From positions 7,472 through 71,471 of the IMG/VR virus record IMGVR_UViG_3300036770_005754: a DNA stretch of 64,000 nt, one strand, 5' to 3'. The notes under the pieces are model-generated. The model was not told the origin of the DNA. It made no database searches and saw only the letters and a list, made by a program, of their open reading frames with translations. Origin of the DNA: a virus. Made by a program: the position numbers and the translations under genes. Of this stretch, positions 29,561-38,608 are shown piece by piece (the stretch's first letter is position 1; every line of letters begins with the position of its first letter).

Positions 29561-30782
29561 TGCAGTTACAGCATCTGTGATGGAGTCAAACCTCTTCACG
29601 ATAAATGAAGAAGACGAAGGACCACGATGGCAATTTAATTACAACGGTAAAAAAGTAACGGACTTCAACCCAGACATACTACTACTGGGGGCTTATAAAC
29701 ATCCGACTACAGGTAACAATCTCATAGGCGGTATAAATCTGAACTACATATCGCCTAAACAAAGAGACCAAATAGCTTACGCACTACCGCAAATAATAAA
29801 TGCTGAGAACCTACTAGAAAGGTACTGGATCGGAAGAAGTCTACTCCCAGAAATATTTAAAAATTATTACAGAACATATAATCCAAAATATATCAGAGGA
29901 GTTAAAAAGGACGTCATGTATCCGAAGTACGGATACCTAAAATCTGCACAAAACTGGGCAAAAAAGAAGATAGGCAGTATATTTAAATCCAAAGAACAAA
30001 GGTCGAAAGAACTAGAACCGAAGTATCGTGAAGACCTGGCTGCCATGTCAGATAAACTGGATCAAGTGGTATCACAATTATCACAAGATCAAGAGACGAA
30101 CACGCCAGAAGTGCAAGCAGCAATGAGAGCTGCAAAAGATTTCCAACGCCAAAAATCAGTGCGAGAAATAGGACGCCAAGAAATAGAACCACTGAGAACA
30201 GCACGACGAGATCTAGAAGCAGCACAACAAGAGCCAGGAATGCAACCTCCAGAGGAATATGAAAACTCTGAAGTAGGAGCCGGAATGCTTCCGAAAAAGC
30301 TGGAGAGCCGTCCTAGAAGACGACCGGCAATCAGGCCGCTTAAAAGACAAAAAGAACCAACGGAACCAACGGGAGGGCTCCCAGCGGTGTCTCCACCAAG
30401 AATGGAAAAGCCTGGCGATACAGAACAGCCGACCCTTCGACCATCGCCAAGTGAACCAAGAAATAGAAGACCAATAGGCAGATCCACACCAGAAGACGCA
30501 ATAAACAGACCGAGAAGGCCAATAGGCAGGCCATCGCCAGAAGACACGACCGAAAGACCAAAAAGGCCAATTGGTAGACCATCGCCAGAAGACACAATCG
30601 AAAAACCAAAAAGACCAATTGGTAGGTCATCGCCAGACACAATAAAAAAAAGACCGACAAAACGTCAAACACCACCAGCAGTGGATAACGAGATAGACCC
30701 AGACATAGATCTTCAAGAGTCTATTATATATTACTCTCCCGTCGCAGGTCATTACATAATAGAGCATTTCGAATTATCATGA
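29547..30782 (+). CDS. T4 gp2 (DNA end protector)-like N-terminal domain plus Pro/Arg-rich repeat tail
   Basis: PDILLLG...IGGINLNYISPKQR and YRTYNPKYIRG resemble the gp2 GLNLHYL motif; start reassigned to MKLNDAV. Confidence 0.45.
   Translation: MKLNDAVTASVMESNLFTINEEDEGPRWQFNYNGKKVTDFNPDILLLGAYKHPTTGNNLIGGINLNYISPKQRDQIAYALPQIINAENLLERYWIGRSLLPEIFKNYYRTYNPKYIRGVKKDVMYPKYGYLKSAQNWAKKKIGSIFKSKEQRSKELEPKYREDLAAMSDKLDQVVSQLSQDQETNTPEVQAAMRAAKDFQRQKSVREIGRQEIEPLRTARRDLEAAQQEPGMQPPEEYENSEVGAGMLPKKLESRPRRRPAIRPLKRQKEPTEPTGGLPAVSPPRMEKPGDTEQPTLRPSPSEPRNRRPIGRSTPEDAINRPRRPIGRPSPEDTTERPKRPIGRPSPEDTIEKPKRPIGRSSPDTIKKRPTKRQTPPAVDNEIDPDIDLQESIIYYSPVAGHYIIEHFELS
30468..30656 (+). repeat. Four ~48-nt coding repeats (RPIGRPSPEDTxERPK)
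   Basis: AGACCAATAGGCAG / AGGCCAATAGGCAG / AGGCCAATTGGTAG / AGACCAATTGGTAG at 48-nt spacing. Confidence 0.85.
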
Positions 30783-31121
30783 ATCAACACTACCAATAAA
30801 TATCTTTAAAGTAAAATGCTTAGGCTTACTGTATGAAACTTTTATAGGTATGTGCGACATACCATACTCATCAGTTGTTCCGGTATAAATAATATCACGC
30901 TCATGAAGCTCCCAGCGAAATCTATTAGCAGCGTCGCCACGATACTTTACAGCCATAACGGTCTCAATACCTAGCGTACCACCGACAGGTGTCGGCTGCT
31001 TCATCCCATTATATGGTTTAGTCCTAACTACACGTTCGATGTTCACATAAACTTCATTTTTAGCTTCATCAATTAAATCATAACCAAGATTTTGGAATCT
31101 AAATTCAACGAATTCTGTCAT
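30777..31121 (-). CDS. Hypothetical protein
   Basis: 114-aa ORF coupled to the large structural-type gene. Confidence 0.6.
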   Translation of the reverse strand: MTEFVEFRFQNLGYDLIDEAKNEVYVNIERVVRTKPYNGMKQPTPVGGTLGIETVMAVKYRGDAANRFRWELHERDIIYTGTTDEYGMSHIPIKVSYSKPKHFTLKIFIGSVDS

Positions 31122-33586
31122 GTAATCTCCAGTTGACCATAAGTGAACTCGCTGAACACAGTGGCCTGAGTGCGTATGTCGACTCTCCTAATCTTCGCAC
31201 CAGGCCACATCCTCAAACCATTCTTACCAAATTGTCTATTGGGGTTGAGAGTAATCGGGAAGTATGGTGTATCAATCGACACTGAAGTTGGCAGCGCCGC
31301 ACTCAAAGTGGGACTCGGCGGTATAAGCAAACGATTCCACCAGATCCATAATTGATCATCCTTCACCAATACTTCCAATCTGTTCCAATATTCTTCTTGT
31401 AGTCCGCCAATTTGTGCTCCACCATCGTATACCACAAAGCCACTAGGAGATGATTGTGGTTGCGTACCGACTCCAGTGAAAGTACCTGACTGAGAATAAA
31501 TTGCACTCACAGCATATCCGGGTGTTAGCCCCCTTACAAAATCATCTGAATCATCATCAAATATATCATCCTCATATGGTAAGCTCATGTCCAAAATACC
31601 CACCTTGAATTGCAATTGTGTTAAACCTGTTGCTTCGTCGAATGTAAATTCAACGCGAACGACCGTTGAATTATATTCTTGGTGAAGGAGTTCTAAAATA
31701 TCGTCGACGGAACCAGGATATTCATCATTGTTTAGAGAATCACCAGCTAGGATGATATTATCACAATTAGCAGGATAACCACTGGTTAGTTCAGTACCTG
31801 AACTCGATGGGAACATGAATTTTCGATAATAGTTGTAAATCTTGTTATGGTTCTCACCGGGCGATATTACTCTCACCGACCCGAATGGCGGCAAATCATT
31901 GAAATGTACACCACAAACTCTAATATAATTTAGGCCATTCACTTGGCCAGTGCCTATAACACGCATGTATTTGTTCTCATTCTCGTCGATCTGGGCCCTT
32001 ACAACTAAATCGATTGGAGAGAACGAAGAGTTATCTGGCCTACCTATATCCACTCTTGTTAAGGTATTGCAAAAGTTCTTTCTATGCCATAACCATACCG
32101 GTCTTTCACTGAAATCAGCAATCGCATCTTGAGATGATTGGACGACCAAGCCAGGTAGCGTATTATCAATAAAAGCACGATGCTGCTGACTAATATCAGC
32201 GTCTCCTGTCCCTGCTGTCGAAGCTATATCATACCACATCAATGGGTCATCATACCCAGTTAGGCCCCACACACTGCGTTCAAAATCTCTGATCGCGGTC
32301 ACTTGTGTCGAAGAATACTTATCTTCACTACCGGGTCCAGCTAAAATTTCTTCTCTAGCTATAGCGGAATCACCAAACTGAGTAAACCCGGACCATGTCC
32401 AAATATTATTAGGATTTAACGATGGTTTCTTGTTGAAGTAATGTCTAGATATTGGTTCTCCAGCTATTTCTCCTATCTTAAAGGACCATAGGTCCACCAG
32501 AGTACCAACAGGTAACAAATCTATCGTAGAATCGAGTACGATAGACTGAGAGTTAGACCCGGACTGTGGGTTTTCAGGATTGACGTATTGCCAGATATTC
32601 CTGGCCGTGAACGTGTCGCCGACAGCCCTGGCCCCATCTACATCCCACTCTCTCAAAACATATTGATTGGTGCTGAGAATAGCATCTGTATAACTGGTTA
32701 TTACAGCCATCTTCTTGGTTATTAGATGCCCCTTATACAGCAGAGAGCCAAGTAGGCCTGGTTCGGAGCTTGGGTCTAGATCGAATCGTATCTGTGAGCC
32801 ATCGTTGTCCTTCCCCATGAACCAGACCATCTCAGGAACACCGGCGGCCCCCGGGGTCATTGCCCAACCTATTTCTGTAACCATAGAATTGAGCGGATCT
32901 CTCTTCAATATCATCTCATGTTCAGCGACTCCTGGGACTATAGTATCATCGAACCTTTTGAATATGAATGCAGGGTAATTCCCTTTATTATTCAGTGTCG
33001 ATGAAGGATTGCTTGGGTTTACAATCGTCGATTCTGGGAACAAATAAACCTTCATTTCACCATATGAGTTGACGCCCGGTAGTTTCCCAGCACATGTCGG
33101 TGGCCTAACGGATGATATGTCAGTTTCATCTTGGACCCAAAATATTTGTTGGCACGTTTCGCAGGCACAATTAAGAGGTATTGGACTATCGACTGTAAAT
33201 CTAACTACATTGCCTATTCGTTCGATGCTTATAAATTCTGTGCCGGCCGCAAGTATAATATCTCCTTGCATCCAGCCACCATCGTCTGGAAATCCTGCAC
33301 CTTGGAATCCTAATACACCAAGTCTAGTTTGCAATAATGCATCAAGTTTGCATTTGTCGTCGGCGGCCATCAATCCTGGCGTATCACATGTCGCTATCGG
33401 AACTGGGTCCTCCGCGATATGTGTGACACCATGGAATGTTGGAAACAACACCTGAGATTCTTTCATGTACAATGCTCTCTGTTGAGCATCATACTGATAG
33501 CCAGTGGTTATTCCATTTGGTCCCGATACTTGAACGTACTGCCTGTCAACTAATGTCGAGGCCGATGGAACTTTTGATATGGCCAT
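31118..33586 (-). CDS. Large putative virion structural (tail/baseplate) protein
   Basis: 822-aa ORF; AGGAG upstream; GLMAADDKCKLD motif of fibre-type proteins; beta-rich. Confidence 0.55.
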   Translation of the reverse strand: MAISKVPSASTLVDRQYVQVSGPNGITTGYQYDAQQRALYMKESQVLFPTFHGVTHIAEDPVPIATCDTPGLMAADDKCKLDALLQTRLGVLGFQGAGFPDDGGWMQGDIILAAGTEFISIERIGNVVRFTVDSPIPLNCACETCQQIFWVQDETDISSVRPPTCAGKLPGVNSYGEMKVYLFPESTIVNPSNPSSTLNNKGNYPAFIFKRFDDTIVPGVAEHEMILKRDPLNSMVTEIGWAMTPGAAGVPEMVWFMGKDNDGSQIRFDLDPSSEPGLLGSLLYKGHLITKKMAVITSYTDAILSTNQYVLREWDVDGARAVGDTFTARNIWQYVNPENPQSGSNSQSIVLDSTIDLLPVGTLVDLWSFKIGEIAGEPISRHYFNKKPSLNPNNIWTWSGFTQFGDSAIAREEILAGPGSEDKYSSTQVTAIRDFERSVWGLTGYDDPLMWYDIASTAGTGDADISQQHRAFIDNTLPGLVVQSSQDAIADFSERPVWLWHRKNFCNTLTRVDIGRPDNSSFSPIDLVVRAQIDENENKYMRVIGTGQVNGLNYIRVCGVHFNDLPPFGSVRVISPGENHNKIYNYYRKFMFPSSSGTELTSGYPANCDNIILAGDSLNNDEYPGSVDDILELLHQEYNSTVVRVEFTFDEATGLTQLQFKVGILDMSLPYEDDIFDDDSDDFVRGLTPGYAVSAIYSQSGTFTGVGTQPQSSPSGFVVYDGGAQIGGLQEEYWNRLEVLVKDDQLWIWWNRLLIPPSPTLSAALPTSVSIDTPYFPITLNPNRQFGKNGLRMWPGAKIRRVDIRTQATVFSEFTYGQLEIT

Positions 33587-33656
33587 ATACTACTCCTGAT
33601 TTTATCTTCATATATTGAGGCAGTCGGTTCTGAGCAATTAACGCTGTATATTTTAT

Positions 33657-34823
33657 TCAGAGTTCTTCTGGCAACTTGAAGTACGCTCTATACAGCTTTG
33701 CGGTCCAAGGGTCCTTCATTATTGTTGGTTCTGCTTCTTGCCATCTACGTCCAAGAACATATCGAGCATAACTATAAGCGATAATAGGTTGATTCATTAT
33801 TACCGGCTCCGCTTCTGGCCATCTGCGTTTAAGGGCTTTTTCAGCGTAATTGGCAGCAGATCGAGGGTCTTGGATTATGGTTGGCTCTGCTTCTGGCCAT
33901 TCACGTTTAAGAATATAACAGGCATAGGCAGAAGCAGCCGTGGGGTTCTTTACTATGATCGGTTCTGCTTCTGGCCATCTGCGTTTAAGAACACTAATGG
34001 TGTATAAGAACACAGCCTCTGGATCCTTCAGTATAATTGGTTCTACCTCAGGCCACTCACGTTTAAGAACATGCCGAGCATAATCACAAGCAGCCTGGGG
34101 ATGCTTGATCATAGCATTCTTATAAATCTCGCTGTGCTTATCCTTCATGAATAAACCAACATCAGGCACATAATCTGATAGTAAATAGTAAACCCCCTCC
34201 GAAATCCTAAAAGGCCTATTCCTAAAATCCATCAGCTGATTAGATTGTATGTGACACAAGTACTTCTTACCATCAAGCAGAATGAAGTACAGATCATCCT
34301 TGCCAAGGTAATCATCTGCTATTTCGACATTGACTGTGCACCATTCGGTTTTGTTGCTTATGTCACTGGCTATTTTAGCAGCTTTGCCAGTATCGTCGAC
34401 TCTCTGTACTTTTATTATTCTTAGTCTATTATTATTGACTAGGATTTCTGAGTATGGTGGTTCTTCAATACTCCAGTTCCTGCGGGATTCTTGGAGTTTT
34501 CTATTGCTGGGTTTTGGTGCCCTTAGTTCTTCAAATTCTGTGAGGGCGCTGTGTATTATTCTGGAGGTGTAGTTGAATATGTTTTTATAGTTGGGGTTGT
34601 GTCTGGCTAGGATTTTACTGTATCTGTTGTCTCTTATATTATTATTGTATATGGCGATTGAGTCTAGGATGTTGTTGATGTTTTCTCCGTTGTGATATTC
34701 TTTGATTCCCCATTCTTGTTCGTGTGGTTTGAGTGGTTTTAGTCTTTCCGCTATTTCTGGGGGTATGTTAGTGTAGTCTATTCCTTCGGTGAGGGTTCTG
34801 GTTAGTATTTGGCAGAGTTTCAT
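33657..34823 (-). CDS. 26-aa repeat family protein, paralog 3 (5 full repeats plus capping unit)
   Basis: Same N-terminal region and RWPEAEP repeats as 15406 and 16869. Confidence 0.9.
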   Translation of the reverse strand: MKLCQILTRTLTEGIDYTNIPPEIAERLKPLKPHEQEWGIKEYHNGENINNILDSIAIYNNNIRDNRYSKILARHNPNYKNIFNYTSRIIHSALTEFEELRAPKPSNRKLQESRRNWSIEEPPYSEILVNNNRLRIIKVQRVDDTGKAAKIASDISNKTEWCTVNVEIADDYLGKDDLYFILLDGKKYLCHIQSNQLMDFRNRPFRISEGVYYLLSDYVPDVGLFMKDKHSEIYKNAMIKHPQAACDYARHVLKREWPEVEPIILKDPEAVFLYTISVLKRRWPEAEPIIVKNPTAASAYACYILKREWPEAEPTIIQDPRSAANYAEKALKRRWPEAEPVIMNQPIIAYSYARYVLGRRWQEAEPTIMKDPWTAKLYRAYFKLPEEL

Positions 34824-35968
34824 ATGTTGAAGTGTTCCTTATACTCGTATGCGGCATTAGGGTCTTTCATTATGTTTGGTTCTACTTCTGGCCATCTATG
34901 TCCAAGAACATGAATAGCATAATAGGCGGCAGCCCAAGGGTTTTTTATTATGTTTGGCTCTGCTTCTGGCCATCTACGTTTAAGAACATGAATAGCGTAT
35001 TGCGTAGCAGTCCAGGGGTCCTTCATTATGGTTGGTTCTGCTTCTGGCCATGTATTTTTAATAACCTGCCAAGCGTACCAATTAGCAATAGCACTCTTCA
35101 TTATGATCGACTCTGCTTCTGGCCACCTACGTTTAAGAACATGCTTAGCGTACTCAGAAGCAGCATAAGGGTCCTTCATTATGATCGGCTCTGCTTCTGG
35201 CCACCTACGTTTAAGAACATGCTTAGCGTACTCAGAAGCAGCATAAGGGTCCTTCATTATAGTATTCTTATAAATCTCGCTGTCGATCCACACGAATAAA
35301 CCAACATCAGGCACATAATCTGACAACAAATAATAAACCTCCTCAGAAATCATAAAAGACTCATTCCAGAAATCCATTAGTTGTTTAGATTGTATGTGAC
35401 ACAAGTACTTCTCACCATCAAGCAGAATGAAGTACAGATCATCCTTGCCAAGGTAATCATCTGCTTTCTCGACATTGACTGTGCACCATTCGGTTTTGTG
35501 ACTCATATCGCTAGCTATTTTAGCCGCTTTACCAGTATCGTCGACTCTCTGTACTTTTATTATTCTTAGTCTATTATTATTGACTAGGATTTCTGAGTAT
35601 GGTGGTTCTTCAATACTCCAGTTCCTGCGGGATTCTTGGAGTTTGCGATTGCTGGGTTTTGGTACCCTTAGTTCTTCAAATTCTGTGAGGGCACTGTGTA
35701 TTATTCTGGAGGTGTAGTTGAATATGTTTTTATAGTTGGGGTTGTGTCTGGCTAGTATGCTGCTGTATCTGTTGTCTTTTATGTTGTCATTGTATATGGC
35801 GATTGAGTCTAGGATGTTGTTGATTGTTTCTCCGTTGTGGTATTCTTTGATTCCCCATTCTTGTTCGTGTGGTTTGAGTGGTTTTAGTCTTTCCGCTATT
35901 TCTGGGGGTATGTTGGTGTAGTCGATTCCCTCGGTGAGGGTTCTGGTTAGTATTTGGCAGAGTTTCAT
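34820..35968 (-). CDS. 26-aa repeat family protein, paralog 4 (5 repeats plus capping unit)
   Basis: Same family; first two repeats nearly identical in DNA; ATGA overlap with paralog 3. Confidence 0.9.
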   Translation of the reverse strand: MKLCQILTRTLTEGIDYTNIPPEIAERLKPLKPHEQEWGIKEYHNGETINNILDSIAIYNDNIKDNRYSSILARHNPNYKNIFNYTSRIIHSALTEFEELRVPKPSNRKLQESRRNWSIEEPPYSEILVNNNRLRIIKVQRVDDTGKAAKIASDMSHKTEWCTVNVEKADDYLGKDDLYFILLDGEKYLCHIQSKQLMDFWNESFMISEEVYYLLSDYVPDVGLFVWIDSEIYKNTIMKDPYAASEYAKHVLKRRWPEAEPIIMKDPYAASEYAKHVLKRRWPEAESIIMKSAIANWYAWQVIKNTWPEAEPTIMKDPWTATQYAIHVLKRRWPEAEPNIIKNPWAAAYYAIHVLGHRWPEVEPNIMKDPNAAYEYKEHFNI

Positions 35969-35977
35969 GTTTACAGA

Positions 35978-37651
35978 TCACCATATGAATATGTAATTCG
36001 GTTCTCTTAACCATGTTGTTTTAATTTTGATTATTGAAGTAGGTTTGAGCTTTGAATATAATTCGTCCTTGAATTCTCGTGGTACGAAGATCATCATCCT
36101 TTTGGCATAGCCCATATAATTGTTTATCAATCTAATGTCTGGTATATTCCAGTCGTTGTCATATACTATAACATCTACAGTTTCTTTATTCCACTTATGG
36201 TATTTCAGTCCAGTTAAGTCTGCCAAGCCTTTGTCAATAGCTTTTTTGAATCTTTCGTCTGGTATTACATAGTATTCCAGGCCAGCTATTGCTGAGGCTA
36301 TGGCTTTGTTACCGAAGTCAGGACTTATATCTAATATTTTACCTCTGATATTTAGTTTGTTGAATATGCAGCAATATGCTCCCGGGTCAGTGAACCTGAA
36401 TCTAGGGTAATTTCTTCTGAAGGTTTTACTGTATCCTGCTGAGAATAATCTCAGAAAGTTATGGAAGTCGAATGGTGTGTCTTTTCGTGAGGCTAATATG
36501 TTTAGAACCTTCATTACAGTTCTTGGGCTTTTGAAAGCTGGGCTATAGTCACTTACGTCGAAAAAATGCTCACACAATTTCCTACCTAATGTTGGTGCTC
36601 CGTAAATTGTGAATATGTTGTTTTTTACATATTTGTTATGATCACAATTTTTGAGCTTTTCCCATTCTTCTTGTAGGACATATTCTGGATGTTCTGGCCA
36701 TATCCATTCTCTTCTGGTTATCTGTCGACAGAATTCGTGGACGGCCAATCTTCGTTCCATTAAACTTGATTTTTGGAACTTTGCTCTGTCTATCATGATA
36801 TGTGCGGTCTTTATTATCCCGTCTTCGTCATATAGTTCTTCGAAATCTGTTTCATATTGTGGTATTACTTTTGGTATTCTGCTCAGCCTAGCATCGCGTT
36901 TAGTTATGGCGTAACTGAATATCGGGACTTTATCGATTTTGAATGGGTAATATGTTTCCCAGAAGAAGTTCATAAATCTGACATGTATCCTATCTTGGTA
37001 TAGATACACTCTCCTGACTACACTCTGCTTCTCTAGATCTTGTATCAGTTTCCTAGTCCACAATTGCACATGTTTGTGTTTCCAATGTTCTTCTACTGTT
37101 CTCACAGCTATATTGAAACGGTTCAACCAATTTGAAAATGCCTGCTGGCATATCCCCGCGGCTTTTGCGCACTTTTCTTGACTCCAGTTCAACTCGACAT
37201 AATGTCTATAACACCATGCTTTTGTACAGCATTTATTTTTGGATTTTATTGAGTATTTTGATTTTATCCCATATTTTTTAAATTTTCTATATATTATAAT
37301 TCGTGAAACACCGCAGGCTTGTGCTATTTGTGACACTGAATGTGAAGATACTCTCCTGAGCCAGTCTTGGTCATTTCTCCAGTTTTCAGGAACGGATATG
37401 GTGTTTGTGGCTCTTTTAGCTTTACTTTTCGGGAGGACTGGAGGTAAGCTAGCTTTAATCCCAGCGAATCTTCGCAATCTCCTGATATAATTTAACGACC
37501 TGTTCGCCACTTGACAATGATCATTCGCTGTCAGATGTGGTTTGCTCTCGAACCATTTTCTGACTGCTTCAGGATCTTTTTTATTGAGCCTTGCGAATTC
37601 TATACGTAATTCCTGTATGTCTTCTTCGTATGTTGTTTTGATGTTTCTCAT
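35978..37651 (-). CDS. Multi-HTH protein with a degenerate DNA-methyltransferase-like C-terminal domain
   Basis: HTH-like SVSQIAQACGVSRIIIYRKFKKYGI and WSQEKCAKAAGICQQAFSNWLNRFNI; C-terminal KILDISPDFGNKAIA and ETVDVIVYD. Confidence 0.5.
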   Translation of the reverse strand: MRNIKTTYEEDIQELRIEFARLNKKDPEAVRKWFESKPHLTANDHCQVANRSLNYIRRLRRFAGIKASLPPVLPKSKAKRATNTISVPENWRNDQDWLRRVSSHSVSQIAQACGVSRIIIYRKFKKYGIKSKYSIKSKNKCCTKAWCYRHYVELNWSQEKCAKAAGICQQAFSNWLNRFNIAVRTVEEHWKHKHVQLWTRKLIQDLEKQSVVRRVYLYQDRIHVRFMNFFWETYYPFKIDKVPIFSYAITKRDARLSRIPKVIPQYETDFEELYDEDGIIKTAHIMIDRAKFQKSSLMERRLAVHEFCRQITRREWIWPEHPEYVLQEEWEKLKNCDHNKYVKNNIFTIYGAPTLGRKLCEHFFDVSDYSPAFKSPRTVMKVLNILASRKDTPFDFHNFLRLFSAGYSKTFRRNYPRFRFTDPGAYCCIFNKLNIRGKILDISPDFGNKAIASAIAGLEYYVIPDERFKKAIDKGLADLTGLKYHKWNKETVDVIVYDNDWNIPDIRLINNYMGYAKRMMIFVPREFKDELYSKLKPTSIIKIKTTWLREPNYIFIW

Positions 37652-37712
37652 AACGTCGCCTGATGCAGACTGATACTATCGGCCAAATATATGTTATATT
37701 AGAGGGCAACAG

Positions 37713-37862
37713 ATGAAATTAAAATTGATTTCAGAAATACAAATAAAGTCATCAGATACCAGTCTAGAGAGAAGCAATATTACTGGTAGTCTGAAGGTGA
37801 ATTCTGTAAATGATCTATATCATAAAAAGAATAAAAAGAAACGAAAACAACGGCTAAAATAG
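37713..37862 (+). CDS. 49-aa basic micro-protein (not in ORF track)
   Basis: MKLKLISEIQ...HKKNKKKRKQRLK; AGAGGG upstream. Confidence 0.5.
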   Translation: MKLKLISEIQIKSSDTSLERSNITGSLKVNSVNDLYHKKNKKKRKQRLK

Positions 37863-38576
37863 CACACCTTGCCTAGTGATCTTCACCACATGATTGAAAA
37901 TATCTGAAGCTATGCTATCTATAGACCTACAACATCCAGATTCGTCTGAACCTTTCACAATTCTCCAATTAGATCTATTCTCAATTATACGCAGATAGCA
38001 GTCTCTAATCCCAGACAAATAATCATGATTCGCTTCGTGGATATCTTCCGATGCACTAGTGTAATCCCTACCTTTCTTTTTCAGCACTAAATCTTTACTA
38101 ATATGTATCGGCATGTCGATTAATATATTCAATTTGGGCTTTGGTAGCCGTAGCTTCTCAAATTCGAATTCTTCTACATATTCAATCCAATCACACTCTT
38201 CTTTTTTAGTCCCGCCATTACGTAGTCGCCTACAGTTGTCGTCTGATAATTTATTCATTTGATACGCTACGCTAGAATATGTATATCTATCTAAGACTAG
38301 TACATCATTTTCATTTAGAACTTCTATTAAATAGTTTTTAGATTCTAAGCGATCGCCCGCATATAATGAGGCAACTATTTCTGGATGTAGATTGTCATAT
38401 TTTCCATTCAAATATTTTGCCAATAGACTTCCGAAAGCAGTTTCAGAATATCGTGGAAAGCTTAGATAATCAGATTTTAAACCGGCATTTCTTAAGGATT
38501 TTACGAGTGCCAAAGTTTGGGTATTTTTACCTGATCCATCTATACCTTCAATAGCTACTAGTATGTTTTTCATCAT
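37854..38576 (-). CDS. tmk: Thymidylate (dNMP) kinase, copy 2
   Basis: VAIEGIDGSGKNTQ; LDRYTYSSVAYQ; PKPKLNILIDMP. Confidence 0.9.
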   Translation of the reverse strand: MMKNILVAIEGIDGSGKNTQTLALVKSLRNAGLKSDYLSFPRYSETAFGSLLAKYLNGKYDNLHPEIVASLYAGDRLESKNYLIEVLNENDVLVLDRYTYSSVAYQMNKLSDDNCRRLRNGGTKKEECDWIEYVEEFEFEKLRLPKPKLNILIDMPIHISKDLVLKKKGRDYTSASEDIHEANHDYLSGIRDCYLRIIENRSNWRIVKGSDESGCCRSIDSIASDIFNHVVKITRQGVLF

Positions 38577-38608
38577 CGCCTCTCGTTTGGATGCCGGAGA
38601 ATAGTCGA

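Noticed and set aside
15406-35968. Diversity-generating retroelement acting on the repeat genes
   Set aside because: No reverse transcriptase or template repeat in the window; differences involve all four bases while many adenines in GAAGCAGAACCA stay fixed. An RT elsewhere in the genome cannot be excluded.
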